Assembly: GCF_000829155.1 (NCBI RefSeq)
Contig: NZ_AP013293.1
Location: forward strand, 150,001-182,000
Origin: Candidatus Karelsulcia muelleri PSPU
Lineage (GTDB): Bacteria > Bacteroidota > Bacteroidia > Flavobacteriales > Blattabacteriaceae
Reading direction: 5' to 3'
Length of the DNA stretch: 32,000 nt
The translations under genes and the position numbers were made by a program. Every line of letters starts with the position of its first letter. The stretch's first letter is position 1. Below, piece after piece: positions 30,440 to 32,000 of the stretch. The notes beneath the pieces were generated by a model. That model had not been told where the DNA came from. It ran no database searches and saw only the letters and a list, made by a program, of their open reading frames with translations.

Positions 30440-31750
30440 TTATTTAAATCTAAATAAAATTTTTATTGGAATACCTGTAAAATTAAATTTTTCTCTTATC
30501 TTATTTTCTATAAATCTTTTATATGTTTCTTTTATAAAATTTGGATAATTAGTAAAAAAAATAAATTGAGGATTATATGTTGGAATTTGGCTACAATATT
30601 TTATTTTAATATATTTTCCATTTATTGATGGGGGAGTATTTTTATATAAAATAGGTAATATAATTTTGTTAAGTAAACTTGTTTTTATTTTTAATTTTAA
30701 ATTAAATGAAATTTTCACTGCAGTTTTTATAGATTTAATTATATTTTTTTTTGTAAAAGATGAAGTAAAAAATATAGGTACATCATTAAAAGGAGTTATT
30801 TTTTTTTTTATTTCTTTTTCATAATTAATTGATAAATTATTTTCATTTTTTTTAATTAAATCCCATTTATTTATTAAAATAACTATTCCTTTATTATTAT
30901 TCTCAATAATTTTAAATATATTCAGATCTTGAGATTCAAAACCAGATTTAATATCTATTATTAGTAGACATACATCTGAATTTTGTATAGATTTAATGGC
31001 TCTCATTACAGAATAAAATTCTATATTTTCTTTTATTTTTTTTTTTTTTCTAATACCAGCAGTATCTACTAATATACATTCAATTCCAAATTTTTGATAT
31101 AAAACATCTATACTATCTCTTGTTGTTCCAGAAATGTTTGTAACAATATTTTGATTTTTATTTAACAATGTATTTATTAAAGTTGATTTTCCTACATTAG
31201 GACGTCCTACTATAGCTATTCTAGGAAATTTTTTTTTATTTTTATTTAAATAATTTTTTCTAAATATAGAGACAATTGAATCTAATAACTCTCCTGTTCC
31301 AGTTCCATTAATAGATGATATACAATATGTATTTGAAATACCAAGTTTTAAAAAATTTGAAGTATTATCTCTATTTTTAGAGATATCTATTTTATTTATT
31401 ACTAAATAAATAATTTTTTTTAATTTTAGTAGAATTTTTGATATATCGTAATCAATACCTAAAATATCATTGCTGGGATCTACTAAAAAAAGTATAATAT
31501 CTGATTCTTCTAATGCAAAAAAAAATTGTTCACATATTTTTTTTTCAAAAATATTTTCTGATTTATTTGTATATCCTCCTGTATCTATTAAACAAAATTC
31601 TATTCCATTCCAATTGCAAAAACCATAATTTCGATCTCTAGTTACGCAACTTTTATAATTAACTATAGATTTTCTATATCCTATTAAACGATTAAAAAGT
31701 GTAGATTTTCCAACATTAGAACGTCCTACTATAGAAACTATTTTATTCAT
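30440..31750 (-). CDS. der: Ribosome biogenesis GTPase Der (EngA)
   Basis: Two GTPase domains: VSIVGRSNVGKSTLFNRLIG...DTGG and RIAIVGRPNVGKSTLINTLLN...DTAGIRKK...INKWDL. Confidence 0.96.
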   Translation of the reverse strand: MNKIVSIVGRSNVGKSTLFNRLIGYRKSIVNYKSCVTRDRNYGFCNWNGIEFCLIDTGGYTNKSENIFEKKICEQFFFALEESDIILFLVDPSNDILGIDYDISKILLKLKKIIYLVINKIDISKNRDNTSNFLKLGISNTYCISSINGTGTGELLDSIVSIFRKNYLNKNKKKFPRIAIVGRPNVGKSTLINTLLNKNQNIVTNISGTTRDSIDVLYQKFGIECILVDTAGIRKKKKIKENIEFYSVMRAIKSIQNSDVCLLIIDIKSGFESQDLNIFKIIENNNKGIVILINKWDLIKKNENNLSINYEKEIKKKITPFNDVPIFFTSSFTKKNIIKSIKTAVKISFNLKLKIKTSLLNKIILPILYKNTPPSINGKYIKIKYCSQIPTYNPQFIFFTNYPNFIKETYKRFIENKIREKFNFTGIPIKILFRFK

Positions 31751-31765
31751 AACATATTAAATTTA

Positions 31766-31895
31766 TATCTCCATAAGCATAATTTATCATACTAACTGTA
31801 GACCAAATTCTACATGAGTTTTTAACAAAGTTAAAGATAATAAATCAGCAGCAACTATTAATCCTATATTTTAGCTAAATAATAATATCTTCTTC
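31766..31895 (-). pseudogene. gcvP: Remnant of gcvP (glycine dehydrogenase / P protein)
   Basis: 31864-31790 on the minus strand reads GLIVAADLLSLTLLKTHVEFGLQLV then two stops. This resembles the GcvP segment (V)[37 protein letters not shown]. Upstream SSGRR.YYYLAKI-stop and downstream YAYGDI fit adjacent decayed GcvP sequence. The rest of the roughly 950-aa protein is absent. Confidence 0.7.
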
Positions 31896-31937
31896 CTGAA
31901 GAACTTTTAAATTTAAGAATTATAAAATATTTGTTTT

Positions 31938-32000
31938 TTATAATACATGTTTATATGCATTGTAAGAAGATCTTATTAATGGACCACTTTCTACATATAG
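31938..32000 (-). CDS. lipA: Lipoyl synthase, C-terminal end (rest outside window)
   Basis: Minus strand reads LYVESGPLIRSSYNAYKHVL-stop, matching the LipA C-terminal (F.YVESGPLVRSSYHAE.H) signature. Confidence 0.85.
   Translation of the reverse strand, partial: LYVESGPLIRSSYNAYKHVL

Noticed and set aside
1-32000. Search for CRISPR arrays, toxin-antitoxin pairs, retrons, phage genes, transposases or novel defence clusters
   Set aside because: Nothing supportable. Essentially all space is housekeeping or biosynthetic genes with minimal spacers, as expected for a reduced endosymbiont genome.

Overview
This window is a compact, very AT-rich segment of a Flavobacteriales (Bacteroidota) genome. 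The gene set and decay pattern fit a reduced insect nutritional endosymbiont of the Blattabacterium type; that taxonomic call is inference. Intact genes cover amino-acid biosynthesis (lysA, aroC, thrA-thrB-thrC), proteostasis and secretion (lon, htpG, secA), translation (proS, glycyl-tRNA synthetase, rplS, der, tilS 3' end, mtaB), malic enzyme, menA, a cbb3 cytochrome oxidase cluster (ccoI, ccoS, ccoNO, a ccoQ-like gene, ccoP, SafE-family gene) and four tRNAs (Ser-TGA, Arg-TCT, Pro-TGG, Ser-GCT). No mobile element, CRISPR array or clearly novel defence or biosynthetic system was found. The most informative content lies outside the supplied ORF track. There are two small cbb3 ORFs (CcoS, 45 aa; a CcoQ-like protein, 52 aa). 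There are also gene remnants: a menB tail upstream of menA, and gcvH and gcvP fragments on either side of der, next to the 3' end of lipA. Together the gcv remnants suggest loss of the glycine cleavage system. A T/A homopolymer expansion inside the SafE-family gene and a 5-bp tandem array in the secA/rplS divergent spacer are also notable.
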